Below, one piece after another: positions 1 to 12,927 of a stretch of DNA of 64,000 nucleotides (its first letter is position 1; each line of letters begins with the position of its first letter). The notes below the pieces were generated by a model, which saw nothing but the letters and a program-made list of their open reading frames with translations, was not told the origin of the DNA and did not search any database. The stretch comes from Octopus vulgaris (Eukaryota), in assembly GCA_951406725.2 (NCBI GenBank), contig OX597837.1, forward strand, positions 29,450,001 through 29,514,000. The letters run 5' to 3'. The position numbers were made by a program, and so were the translations under genes.

Positions 1-29
1 CCTTCATTTATATCATTTCATTTCCAGGG

Positions 30-130
30 TCCTCTCTGTTTAGCTTTGCTAAATGAAGAAGTTGGCCATCGCCAACCTGGTCTGTATTTCTTGCTCCGAT
101 GTCCGTCCATCTGGTGTCTTGGATAAAAAT
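30..130 (-). mobile_element. LINE relic
   Basis: DGRTSEQEIQTRLAMA..LAKL, resembling the post-RT motif of RTE/L2-type LINEs. Confidence 0.4.
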
Positions 131-249
131 TCGTCTCCATGGTTTTCAATATACCCACATCTATACATTGTAGATCTGAGGTTTTTGGCAAAGTACAGAA
201 AACTGTGAGCCCCTAAATCCTAACACATTACAGAACATATAGAGACTGT

Positions 250-250
250 G

Positions 251-289
<39 letters not shown>

Positions 290-613
290 TAATATATATA
301 TATACGTATATATATATGGATGTATATGTATATATGGATATATATATGTATATCTGGATATATATATATATATATATGGATATATATATGTATATATGGA
401 TATATATGTATATATATGTATATATACACACACACACATATATATGTATATATATGTATATATACACACACACACACATATATATATGTATATATATGTA
501 TATATATATGTATATATACACACACATATATATATATATGTATATATATGTATATATATATGTATATATACACACACACACACATATGTATATATGGATA
601 TATATGTATATAT

Positions 614-654
<41 letters not shown>

Positions 655-870
655 AGACAAACACATGCATACATACATACTCATACATATATTTGTATGT
701 ATATTTATTCATATATGCACATATGTAAACAAATACACGTGTGTGCATGCATGCATATATGTATATAAATACAATATATGCGTATGTATATGTGTGTGTA
801 TGTACATACATATGTACATATATATATATATACACACACATGCACGCATGTGTGTGTGTGTGTGTGTGTT
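250..870. repeat. Compound (TA)/(CA)/(TG) microsatellite
   Basis: Similar tracts at 15299-15612, 19130-19458, 34180-34384, 35612-35900 (GATA), 53414-53467, 57060-57385, 58060-58260. Confidence 0.95.
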
Positions 871-1244
871 TGTTTGGGTGATACATTCATACTGCGTTGT
901 ATGACCGCACTACCATATCTAGCACCAAATTAAACCAATTAAAACCAATTAAAACCAGTTTTCCTTAGCTTCTACATCAACCATATAGAAACAACATCAA
1001 CATCAATATTTTCATTGGAAACAACAACAACAACAAAAATATTTGAAAGAAAATATGGTAATGTATTCAGTGATCTGCGTACCAGCTTTTTCCTGCAAAA
1101 CTGATGATCTTAAAACTCACCATTTTGAAATGTCTCCGATTGTGCCTCTCACCTTGGAGAAAGAAAACCTTGTAAAAGATAAAATAAAACGAAGCCACAA
1201 CGGGGAGGGAGCATCACTGTGAAAGAGATAAAGAAAGATTAATA

Positions 1245-1507
1245 GTGAGAGAGAGAGAGAGGGTGGTTAAGAGAAAGAGAGAGAGAGAAAGTGGTTAAGA
1301 GAAAGAGAGAGAGGGTGGTTAAGAGAAAGAGAGAGAAAGAGGTTGAGAGAAAGAGAGAGAGGGGAGAGAGAGAGAAAGTGGTTAAGAGAAAGAGAGAGAG
1401 AGAAAGTGGTTAAGAGAAAGAGAGGGTGGTTAAGACAAAGAGAGAGATAGAGAGAGGGTGATTAAGAGAAAGAGAGAAGGAGATAAAGAGAAAAAGTGAG
1501 GGTGGTT

Positions 1508-1538
<31 letters not shown>

Positions 1539-1667
1539 GGTGGTTAAGAGAAAGAGAGAAGGAGATAAAGAGAAAAAGTGAGGGTGGTTAAGAGAAAGAG
1601 AGAGAGAGAGAGGGTGGTTAAGAGAAAAAGAGACAGAGAAGATAGAGAGAAAAAGAGAGGGTGGTTA

Positions 1668-1700
<33 letters not shown>

Positions 1701-1830
1701 AAAGAAAACAAAGATTTTAAGTAAGAAAGAGTGTGAAAGAGGTTAATAGAAAGAGAGAGAAAAAAAAAGAGAGAGTTAAAGAGATTAATAGAAAGAAGAG
1801 AGTGGAAGAGGTAGAAAGAGAGAGAGAGAT
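1245..1830. repeat. GA-rich minisatellite (GGGTGGTTAAGAGAAAGAGAGA)
   Basis: Direct inspection. Confidence 0.9.
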
Positions 1831-2121
1831 TAATAAAGACAAGTTAATGCAATGACAAACGGATTTGTCATCGCATCGGAACAGAACATTGCAATGAGAT
1901 TGATATTCTTTTCTGAGTTTAATTAGAATTTAGTTTGAAGGAAAAGAAAGATAATCTTCAGAAGAGATGACCATCCCATTGATGGATTCAAATAAGGAAA
2001 AGACCAATGCATTGACTATCTCATTTTTTTTTTTTTTTTTATTTTGATGAAGGCACATAGATTTTGATCAAAGTTAATATTGATGTTGAGAAGCAATTAA
2101 CAAGTGTGGTAATTATGGAAT

Positions 2122-2498
2122 GTGGAGGCGCAATGGCCCAGTGGTTAGGGCAGCGGACTCGCGGTTTCGATTCCCAGACCGGGCGTTGTGAATGTTTGAG
2201 CGAAAACACCTAAAATAGCTCCACGAGGCTCCGGCAGGGGATGGTGGTGATCCCTGCTGTACTCTTTCACCACAAACTTTCTCTCACTCTTACTTCCTGT
2301 TTCTGTTGTACCTGTATTTCAAGGGGCCGGCCTTGTCACTCTCTGTGTCACGCTGAATATCCCCGAGAACTACGTTAAGGGTGCACGTGTCTGTGGAGTG
2401 CTCAGCCACTTACACGTTAATTTCACGAGCAGGCTGTTCCGTTGATTCGGATCAACCGGAACCCTCATCGTCGTAACCGACGGAGTGCTTCCCCATCC
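2122..2498 (+). mobile_element. SINE family 2 (GTGGAGGCGCAATGGCCCAGTGG head)
   Basis: A/B-box-like head; 11-bp TSD AATTATGGAAT; other copies 9099-9272, 13455-13640, 44889-45248, 52902-53167, 63595-63979. Confidence 0.9.
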
Positions 2499-2832
2499 AA
2501 TTATGGAATATTGGGAGGTAATTAAAGACTAGTTGAAATGGTCGGTATCAGGATAGTGACAGAACCATTGACTTGTATATCAGAAAAATGGAGAGAATCG
2601 TCGGCCGGTTCTAAAGAGCAGTCAAAATAATTTGCCGATATTGTTGAGAATGGACAGAATATTTCATTTGGCTAGTATCATAAAGAACAGACAAAAAACT
2701 TTGGTTGATATATTAACAAATAAAAAGAACCATTCACTGGCAAATGGTATAGTAGCAAATAGACAAGAACCACTGGCTGATATATTAGAGAATAAACAGA
2801 TCTACTGGATGAGATATTAGCAAATGGACACG

Positions 2833-3238
2833 GGATCTTTTTGGTTTGAACGGCAGTTTTTAACATAATTTCTAGGTAACTAAAAAATGTTAAACTTCGT
2901 ATACTGGTAGAATGTGTTTATAAAACATCTTTTTCTCTTGGCTTTATTGAGAAAATTCTATAGTTTGTAAGATATTTGTTGTTTTTTTCCTTCAATTTCT
3001 GCAATTTCAACCAATCAGTGATATCCATTGAGGTAAAAAAACATTCTGTGCCGTATGAATATGTCCCTCGTTTAAGAAACAGATTGGGTTTATTTACATT
3101 TGTGAAGAAAAAAAGATACCCTTCCCCCTAACCCTAACGGAGATTGAAATGCAATAGATCAATACTAGGGTCATAATTACGGGTGACAATTTCATATGAC
3201 ACCGCTAGAAAAAACTGCCGTTCAAACCGAAAAGATCC
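2833..3238. mobile_element. Merlin-like non-autonomous DNA transposon (MITE)
   Basis: TIR GGATCTTTT(T/C)GGTTTGAACGGCAGTTTTT; 8-bp TSD TGGACACG/TGGACACA. GG termini with 8-bp TSD fit Merlin. Confidence 0.75.
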
Positions 3239-3676
3239 TGGACACAACCAATCAATTGGATATTAAAGAACAAATAGAACCATGAAGTGATATACTGAAG
3301 AACAGATAAAACAATTGGCTGATATATTAAATAACAGACACAGCCATTGGTTGATATTTAAAACAAACCCAACCAATGTCAGATATATTAATCAAGAAAC
3401 AGAATCATCAACTGGTATATTAAACAACAGACAGAATCATTAATTAATATAGGGAATATTAATTAATATAGCTGGAATATCAAAGAAAACACAGAACCAT
3501 CAGTAGACCTTATTTCTCTTATTAGCAGTTCCACTAAGGTAAATGAGTTTTTGGTTGCAATGACTTAATTTCTCTTGAGATTTTTAACATTTATTTGTTT
3601 CTAGCCATTGGTTTGAGGCCATGCTGCAGCACTACCTTAAAGTGTTTTGCGAAACAAATTAACCCCCAGTACTTAT

Positions 3677-3968
3677 TAAGAAACACACAAAATCTGTTTG
3701 ATTCACTTCAACATTTAAATTTAATTTGTCGAAATATTTTCGTCACTTTGAGACCGCGACCCGTTCATTGACAGAATTCCGTGCTAACGGGTCGCAGTCT
3801 CAAAGCGCCGAAAATATTTTGACAAATTAAATTTAAATGTTGAAGTAAATCAAACAGATTTTGTGTGTTTCTTAAATGGCTTATAAACACCTTCCACGCT
3901 GAAATTGTTTTCGTTCCAGCACACGATCTCAGATCAGGTCACTTGCTATGCAAGTACATCTCGGTAAT
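3677..3968. mobile_element. Fold-back Penelope-like (pLTR-type) insert with 12-bp TSD
   Basis: Inverted arms 3677-3765 and 3786-3874 plus about 95-nt tail; TSD CCCAGTACTTAT (3665-3676) / CCCAGCACTTAT (3969-3980); degenerate hammerhead-like fold on minus strand about 3726-3773. Confidence 0.6.
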
Positions 3969-5221
3969 CCCAGCACTTATGTTTTTTTCTTTTTAAATAT
4001 GGTACTTGTTCTATTAGTCTCTTTTTGCTGAACCGCTAATTTATGGGGATGTAAACAAACTAACAAGCAGTGGTGAGTGGGGAACATATACATACACATG
4101 TATATGTATGTATTTATCATTGCATCGGAACAGAACATTGCAATGAGATTGATATTCTTTTCTGGGGTTTAATTAGAATTTAGTTTGAAGGAAAAGAAAG
4201 ATAATCTTCAGAAGAGATGACCATCCCATTGATGGATTCAAATAAGGAAAAGACCAATGCATACATATACATACACACACATACGCATGGCTGCAGCCTT
4301 CGGGCTAAAACATTTTTAAGGATTTAAGGATACACATACACAAAGCTTCCCCACAGTTTCTATCTACCAAATTCGCCCACAAAGAATTGGTTCATCTGGG
4401 ACTATTGTAGAAGACCTTTCCCAAAGCTACTGCACAACGGGATTGAACCCCAAACTACGTGGTCACAAAGCGAGCTTCTTAACCACACAGCCATGCCTGT
4501 GCCTATATGCAGAGCAAACAACAAAAAGAAGAGAAAATAAAAGGAAAAAAAAAAATTGTAATTTTCAAGAAATTAGAATATTACAAATGAGAGCTATCCA
4601 CCAATTAATTTGTATTAATTAAATGATGGGGGCGGGGTTACTTTGTCACTGTCAAACATTAGCTCGAAGAGTTTGGAAGAATATAAATTTAATGAATTTA
4701 TACTAACGAGAAGATGGTGTAAATTTTGAAATTCAAGTGTCATGTGTTTACAAAAATGGCATGTCAAAATTCTGTATGGAATATTAGTTTGGAATAAAGA
4801 TATATCAAAAGTGTTGCAATGTTCAAAGATATCAATAATTTATGGTGCTTTCCATTAATTAACATGTTAGAAAAATTAAATACTCAAAAAATTTTTTTCA
4901 AACACACATGCATACGAATATACAAACACTTGGACAAGTAATACATATGTGTGCTTCTATGTGTGTAGAGAAGTGAGTGAGAAATGTAGATAGAATATTC
5001 TTAGGTAGGAAAACATACACACACACATACACATACAGAAAGAGAGAGAGAGAATATATATATACATATACTGTGAAGCAAAATCATAACCAAATTGGGT
5101 TCAGTATTATCTCACGCTCAACTCCAATATCAAGTATTCTATGATGTGGAGCATCAAACCTTGGGATAGGCTAGTGTGTAGAATATAACCTACATAATAA
5201 TAAATAATAATAATAATAATA

Positions 5222-5545
5222 AAGACCCCCTTCGGTCATGAGTGACCATGGGATTGCACCTAGAAAGTTACCCTCCTAGACACAAGTCTGGGCAAGGTTG
5301 TTTATGGAAGACCAGCAGTCGCCCACGCATACCAGCCTCCCCTCTCCACGCCACCAGTGTTATCCAAAGGAAAGACAAAGGTCGATATAGCTTGGCACCT
5401 GTGACATCGCAACTCATTTCTACAGCTGAGTGAACTGGAGCAATGTGAAATAAAGTGCCTTGCTCAAGAACACAACACGCAGCCCGGTCCGGGATTCGAG
5501 CTCACAATCTCACGATCGTAAGCTCGACGCTCTAACCACTGAGCC
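5222..5545 (-). mobile_element. SINE family 4 (tRNA head + CTTGAGCAAGGCACTTTATTTCAC domain)
   Basis: Related heads at 16069-16385 (+), 51245-51490 (-), 37130-37400 (-, old). Confidence 0.7.
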
Positions 5546-5639
5546 TAATAGGGCTAATAAAATACAGAAAACGGGTACAGTAAATTGTCTGTGGCTGTTA
5601 CTGTAAACCTTGACAAACAACCAGTTACAGGATATATAA

Positions 5640-6449
5640 CCCTTTCGTTACCAACCTGGCTGAAATCGGCTCTGGCTCTTTAGTATAAATGTCTTGTTTT
5701 CATAAGTTTTGAATTCAAATCTTAGTTAAAATTTATGTTCCTAACACTAGCTTAATGATAACGAAGTTAATTTACTAAATTCTTTGTTATATTGTAAATC
5801 AAAAATCAAACCAAATCAAAATAGATGAACATCAATGGAATTTGTATCTTTGTGGCACATAAGAAAACCATCCGAACGTGGCCGTAGCCAGTACCGCATC
5901 AACTGGCCTCCGTGCTGTGGGCACGTAACAAACACCATCCGATCATGGCCGTTCGCCAGCCTCGTCTGGCACCTGTGTCGGTGGCACATAAAAAACACCA
6001 TCCAAGCGTGGCCGTTCGCCAGCCTCTTCTGGCACCTGTGTCGGTGGCACATAAAAAACACCATCCAAGCGTGGCCGTCCGCCAGCCTCGTCTGGCACCT
6101 GTGTCGGTGGCACATAAAAAACACCATCCGAGCATGGCCGTTCGCCAGCCTCGTCCGGCACCTGTGTCGGTGGCACATAAAATCACCCACTACACTCTCG
6201 GAGTGGTTGGCGTTAGTAAGGTTGGCGTTAGTAAGGTTGGCGTTAGTAAGGTTGGCGTTAGTAAGGGCATCCAGCTGTAGAAACACTGCCAGATCTGACT
6301 GGCCTGGTGCAGCCTTCTGGCTTCCCAGACCCCAGTTGAACCGTCCAACCCATGCTAGCATGGAAAGCGGACGTTAAACGATAATGATGATGATGATTTA
6401 AAATAATTGAAAGAAACACAGAGCATCTCAAAATACAGTAATGAAAGGG
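5640..6449. mobile_element. piggyBac-like MITE carrying a nested retroposon
   Basis: CCCTTTCGTTAC...GTAATGAAAGGG with ATAA/TTAA flanks. Confidence 0.55.
5800..6396 (+). mobile_element. Retroposon with internal 61-bp x5 and 14-bp x4 tandem repeats and (GAT)n tail
   Basis: Ends CCCATGCTAGCATGGAAAGCGGACGTTAAACGATAATGATGATG; same tail at about 15165-15230 and inverted at about 23730-23790. Confidence 0.7.
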
Positions 6450-6819
6450 TTAATCAAGAGTTATAAGCCAGAACTGTAGTTAAGATCCCTGCTGTTGATA
6501 TTGTCATTGCTTTTGTTCCTTTTAAAATATTTTTCTCGGATGTCCCAGCTTGGATAAGGGAAGCCACAAAGTCTTTGGTTTGCTTTTTCTTTTGTTTTCG
6601 GTTTTTTTTTTGTCTTTTATTGCATTGTGTCACTAAGGATGTTGTTGATAATTTGAATAATGGGAAAATTATATTGAGCATTTTAACACCAATCATTGTA
6701 CCAATATATTATATTGAGCTGAACACTGAACGCTGAACACTGAAGAGGTGGTTTTATGATTATATAATGCTTCAATAGTAATTGTGTAATCCTGACAATA
6801 ATTTATTGAAACATGTGTA

Positions 6820-8142
6820 GGATCTTTTCACTTTCATTGACAGATCGAGAAATTAATTTTTGTAACTAAACACCTTCAAACTTTGGACACTGGTAGAATG
6901 TGTCATATAAAACATCTTTTACTCTTAGCATTGTTAACAAACATTTCTATTTACGAAGTTATTTTGTGTTAAAGTTGTCGTATTTCGGTAATTTCAACCA
7001 ATCAATGACGTGTATTCAGCTGAATAAAATTACTGCTGTTGTTTGTCAACAACAACTTCCAGTGGTGTATATTTCGTTTGTCACTGTTATTTATGACATA
7101 CTAGCAGTATCGCCCGGCGTTGCTCGGGTTTGTAAGGGAAATAACTATATAAGCATTTTTAGAGATGTAAAGTATAATAGCCATCTCAATATGGCTAACC
7201 ACAAAGGGGGGTGTTACTGTAGCTTTTTACGTTCTAAGATTTAATGATACATTTTTAGAGAGTTACTTCCCTTATATAATAGCAAACAAAATGCATTAAA
7301 AATGGGAAAAAATGATGGTAAATTTTTTTTTAAATCGTAAACTCATCGTAGACGCACGCTAATACCCAGAAGGGCTCGATATGAATCACGACTATAAGAT
7401 ACTCGCTTTTGATTACACTGCACCGCAAAATGTGGGAGTAGTTAGGAATCTAAATCGTAGGAGACAGACAGCACACAACCTTACTTTTATATATAAAGAT
7501 TTCAATTCAATTACGTTCATATAAATAACCAAGTATCTGAAGCACGTTTACTTCATGGACACCACCATAATCGTTCATGCATTTCTGTCTTTTAGGTTTC
7601 TTTTTTTCATGTTTTTCAGTTACTATTTTTGGAAAGACTCCCCCCCACCCCCATTATTTTGTCAAAATTTATTGTTTTTTAAAAAATTTTTTTTTTGCCA
7701 AAATCCCAGCTTTTCGGATACAGAGATTCTGGAAAATTGCCAAAAATCGGAATTTTGAAATTTTTTGGCCCCTTTACCCCTCCCCTTCCAATTTCTTCAT
7801 TTTTCACTTTTTTCCATAACCCTAACTCTAAAACCCCAATCCTAACCCTAAAGCTAAAACCAGTACAAACACACGAATGATGTCATAAATAAGAGTGACA
7901 ACCGAAATAGACAGCACCGATAGTTGTTGGCAAACAACGGCAGTAATTTTATTCAGCTGAATACACGTCATTGATTGGTTGAAATTACCGAAATACGACA
8001 ACTTTAACACGAAATAACTTCATAAATAGAAACTTTTTTCAACAACGCTAAGAGTAAAAGATGTTTTATATGACACATTCTACCAGTGTCCGAAGTTACA
8101 AAAAATTAATTTCTTGATCTGCCGATGAAAGTGAAAAGATCC
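6820..8142. mobile_element. Long-TIR MITE of the GGATC-terminated group, interrupted by a Helitron
   Basis: Arms about 6820-7098 and 7880-8142 are reverse complements; TSD not clean. Confidence 0.7.
7101..7499 (-). mobile_element. Non-autonomous Helitron-like element
   Basis: On minus strand: A|TC start, subterminal hairpin CCCGAGCAACGCCGGG, CTAG|T end. Confidence 0.7.
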
Positions 8143-8555
8143 CAAGCATGTGTTTTGAAAAGCATTAAGTACCATACCTGTTTTCCGTAATTTATCCATA
8201 ATTATATAGAAAGAGGGGGGTAGAGAGAGACAGAGACAAACAGATAAATAGATAGATAGATAGATAGCTATGCCTCCAAAGTAATACTTGCTAGGTGATT
8301 GCTATACAGCTGATGTGATTGTTTGATACCAACTGTAAAACTGCAATGTACCAACAGGGAGAAAGAAAAGAAAAAAAGAAAGACTGAACGAAGGAAGAAG
8401 AGGAGGCAAGAAAGAAAGAAGGAAGGAAAGAATAGAAGAACAAAAAAATTGCTGGAACAGCATTTACATATAAATCAAGGTAGGCATGGACTGTCCAGAT
8501 TAAAGCTATAAATATTATAAAATATGAGAAGTAAATGATTGCCTGCTGGGCAGAC

Positions 8556-8615
8556 TCAGTGAAGGAATGCTTGCATACCATGTAGGCAGCCCAGGTTCAA
8601 TTCCTGGTCGATGCA
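8556..8615 (+). pseudogene. Decayed, 5'-truncated tRNA-Gly(GCC)-like copy
   Basis: TCAGTG..GAATGCTTGCATACCATGTAGGCAGCCCAGGTTCAATTCCTGGTCGATGCA aligns by eye to invertebrate tRNA-Gly, mostly via CpG-type changes; followed by a long T-run. Confidence 0.6.
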
Positions 8616-9269
8616 GTGTATGTATTTTTTTTTTTTTTTTTTTTTTTTTATGTCGTGCACCTGAGCATGGTTTGCAATAAACTCATTTTTTATTAATCAG
8701 TCCCACTGCGTGGCATCTTGGGCAAGTGTCTTCTGCTATAGCCCTGGGCCGACCAATGCCTTGTGAGTGGATTTGGTAGACGGAAACTGAAAGAAGCCCG
8801 TCGTATATATGTATATATATGTGTGTGTCTGTGTTTGTATGTATATGGTGGTGTGTTTACGTCCCTGTCACTTAGCGGTTCGGCAAAAGAGACCGATAGA
8901 ATAAGTACTGGGCTTACAAAGAATAAGTCCCAGGGTCGATTTGCTCGACTAAAGGCAGTGCCCCAGCATGGCCGCGGTCAAATGACTGAAACAAGTAAAA
9001 GAGTAAAAGAGTAAAGAGTAAGGTAGTGAGATGGCAGAACCATTAGCATGCCAGACAAAATGCTTAGTGTCGTTCCATCCATCTCTGTGTTCTGAGTTGT
9101 GGAGGCACATGGCCTAGTGGTTAGAGCAGCGGACTCACGGTCGAGGGATTGCGGGTTCGAATCTCAGACCGGACGATGTGTGTGTTTATGAGCGAAACAC
9201 CTAAGCTCCACGCGGCTCCGGCAGAAGGTAATGGCGAAACTTCTGTTGACTCTTTCGCCACAACTTTCT

Positions 9270-9832
9270 CTCTCTGTGTTCTGAGTTCAAATTCCACCAA
9301 GCTTGACTTTGCCTTTCGTCCTTTCGGGGTTGATAAAATAAGTACCAGTTGAGTAACGAGGGTCGAAGTAATCGACTGGCCCTTCCCCACAAAATTTCAG
9401 GCCTCGAGAAAGGATTATTATTATTATTATTATTATTATTTTTATCATTATATTTTACTTCTCAGAGCTCTCAAATTCCACCAAGCTTGACTTTGCCTTT
9501 CGTCCTTTCGGAGTTGATAAAATAAGTACCAGTTGAGTAATGAGGGTCGAAGTAATCGACTGGTCCCTTCCCCAAAAATTTCAGGCCTCAAGAAAGGATT
9601 ATTATTATTATTATTATTATTTTTATCATTATATTTTACTTCTCAGAGCTCTCAAATTCCACCAAGCTTGACTTTGCCTTTCGTCCTTTCGGCGTTGATA
9701 AAATAAGTACCAGTTGAGTAACGAGGGTCGAAGTAATCGACTGGTCCCTTCCCCCAAAAATTTCAGCCCTCGAGAAAGGATTATTATTATTATTATTATT
9801 ATTTTTATCATTATATTTTACTTCTCAGAGCT
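9270..9832 (+). repeat. Three tandem ~180-bp copies of a SINE family 3 fragment + (ATT)n
   Basis: CAAATTCCACCAAGCTTGACTTTGCC... repeated three times. Confidence 0.9.
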
Positions 9833-11049
9833 CTCCATTTTATTGGCTCTGGTTGATTCTGCGAGAGCAGACAGCAACCTGTTGTCAAATATCTCACAGG
9901 GTTGCTTTCCACGAATTACACGTATAAGACTTGGTATTTATCTCTTAAGCATCATGGAAGATACCCAACACCCGAGTACCAATCTCAAAATCCTAGCTAT
10001 TTCTGGGGTTTTTTTCCATCATTTCCTTATATATAAATTCCCACACTTTATGACTGTCTTTGTATTGTTCCCCTCATCCCTCGCTCTTGTGGCAAATAAA
10101 TGAAATCATCGTCATCATTATTATTATTATTATTATTTTTTTTTAAATGTTCATTTAATTCATGGAATTTTGGGTATACTTAAGTAAATATCTGTTATTT
10201 TGGTGCTTGGCAGTTGTGCCAAAAATTCAGCTGCTGAGATAAATTAAATCTAGTGTCAGGAAGACAGATATTGTTTTACTTCTGTAAGAGTTACATCAGT
10301 GTGTGTGTGTGTGTGAGAGAGAGGTTGTGTGTGTATGTTGTATGTGTGTGTGTGAGAGAGAGAGAGAGAAAATGTGAGGAAGAAAGAGAAAGACAATGTG
10401 AGAGAAAAAGAGACAAAAAAAATGTGAAATATAAAAATGTAGGGGGGGGAGAGAGAGAGACAAGAAGCATACATAGTGTGTGTGTGTGTGTAAGGGTGGG
10501 AGAGAGAAAGAGAGGAATGGAGAGGAGCAGAAATATATATATATATAGAGAGAGAGAGAGGGGTGAGGGAGGGAGAGAGAGAGGGGAGCAAAAGAGTAGG
10601 AGAAGGCAAGGGTAGAGAGGGGCAGAGAAGAAGAAGAAAAAAACGAAAAGTATGGACAGACAGACAGACAAGAAAAAGTTAACTTTTTTTTTTCCTTTAG
10701 GAAATTATAACAACAACAACAATAACCAGTAGTTGTAGTAGTAGTAGTAGTAATAGTAGTAGTAGTAGTAGTAGCAGCAGAAACAGTGGAAGAGGGATGG
10801 GAGGAGGAGGAGGAAGGTTTAGCCAGGAGTCATGACGGTGAGGAAGGCAAAACTGAGAATTAGAGAAAGAATTTAAAAAAACAGCAACAATCAATTTGTT
10901 TTAATTGTACATATTCACAGGCACACACCCTCACAAACTTACAGTTCGTGTGTTTTTTTTTTTTTTTTTTTTATTTACCATATTTACTCGAGTACAATGT
11001 GAATATAAAGCACCCCACCCACCCACCACTACCAATTTTCGTGCCTAAA

Positions 11050-11080
<31 letters not shown>

Positions 11081-11598
11081 TCGATATTACTATCCGCATT
11101 TATCACCAGTATTCGGTTCAAAATAGGTTTCGTTCTGAGACCCCCAAGTTGTTGGTTGCTAGAGCACATATTTAGCAGACCATGGAGAAACTGGAAAAAC
11201 TGACTGAGTATTGACTCATGGTTGCTCAAAATCAATTTGTAATAAATGTGACATGGTTTACAATAATACAATAATGTATTGTACTGGGTCAGTGATGAAA
11301 TGAATCAATGATAAACTTTTCTTTTTCTTGTCATTTTTTTCTTTTTTTTTTATTCACACTCAAGTATAACGGTAATTGGTAGTTTTGGAGACCAATGTTT
11401 TGGTTGTTACATTTCTCTCACATTATACCCAAATAAATATGGAAAATATTTCATGTTTATCATTGTGTGTGTGTGACATGTTCTGTAAGCAAATGGAATT
11501 ATTTTATTTTACCATATTATAAACATAATCTTTTTCTCTTTTGTCTTTGTCAGAATACCAAAGTTGATAAACCAATATGTACGTACATAATATATATA

Positions 11599-11651
<53 letters not shown>

Positions 11652-12927
11652 GTGTGTATATATACGTACATGTACATAGAATTTTTTTTTTATTTCAAAT
11701 ATTAAAACAAAATCTAAAAAATTCTTTTAAAAAAATTCTGATTGACACAAACTTGATGGAAGAGGTTTTTTTTTTGTATGGAATCACTTTCATTGTCTTC
11801 AGTTCTTCAAACACACAACTTACCAATTTATACAACATGTATATGTTGGAAAAGCTGAAGATTCTGGAAAAGTCTCTTCCATCAGTTCCATTGTTAATCA
11901 TATTTTTATGCAAAGTTTATTTTTTTAGAAAATTTTAAATTTAAAATAAAATTGTTTTTGTATATATTGTGACTGTATCAAGAATTTTATCCTAAAAATT
12001 TATACATACATATATATATATATATTATATATAAATATATGTGTGTGTGTGTGTGTGTATGAATGAATGCCAGCTCATTGTAGTGGTAGCTTCCATAGTC
12101 ATTTTTACTGCATATGAATGTAACTTTTGTTTACAAATCCTATCTATACTGTGTCAGTGTCCTAGCCGATGTTTGTTTATATATACGTATATATATATGT
12201 GCATTTATTAACTAAAGTACTAAGACAGTTTTTAAATAAAGATAGTTCTAATGGGGCAGCAGATGTTAACTAAAGCAGCTACCATTACAAAAAGCTGAAA
12301 ATATACTTATTAAACACAGGTTTATAATTTTGTTTGGAAATTTAGTTATACATACATGTGTGTGTGTATGTGCAAAAAAGAGAATATAATAAACAACATA
12401 TGTTTGTAAACACTAATTAGAGATTGAGAACTTAACGAATCACGAGCAGGTATTAAACACCATATCACATGCTAAGATTTCATCATTTGCTTTCTCGAGT
12501 TCCCAGAACTGATCAAATATTGAACCTGTTAGCAAGTGATATGCAATCCAATACCTATTAATTGATTATTCTTTTTTCTTTTTCTTTCTTTCTTTCATCT
12601 CAAATAAGTGCTTACAAATAAATACACGCATACATAGCCATAGATACATACACACGCACATACATAAATATATATATATATTAATGCTTTGTTTCGCTTT
12701 ATTGTGTTGAGTGATAATGAAAATTACTCAACATTAAGTTGAAGGATTTATTCAATATGTTTTTTCGTAGAGTAAATATCTTTAATACATTTACAAGAAG
12801 TATGTGTGTGTGTGTGTGTGTTGGAGTGGGGGTAGCAATATTTTTGTCAGACAAAAGCTAGCAGGCACAAACTTCAAAGTTACTGTCACCCCTGTTCCTC
12901 AAAAAGTATTTCTTATATATATATATA

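Noticed and set aside
161-904. Long ORFs rich in Y/I/H/T/C/V (also 15247-15702, 19063-19472, 22807-23457, 25492-27169, 50177-50913)
   Set aside because: They are translations of stop-free microsatellites, open in several frames on both strands.
1121-1216. Candidate next exon of the SLC16-like gene (good acceptor, GTGAGT donor)
   Set aside because: In the required phase it hits a stop before that donor and the peptide does not resemble SLC16 TM3.
5860-6180. 61-bp repeat array resembling CRISPR (also 48696-49334)
   Set aside because: Units are contiguous with no unique spacers, no cas genes, and the context is eukaryotic.
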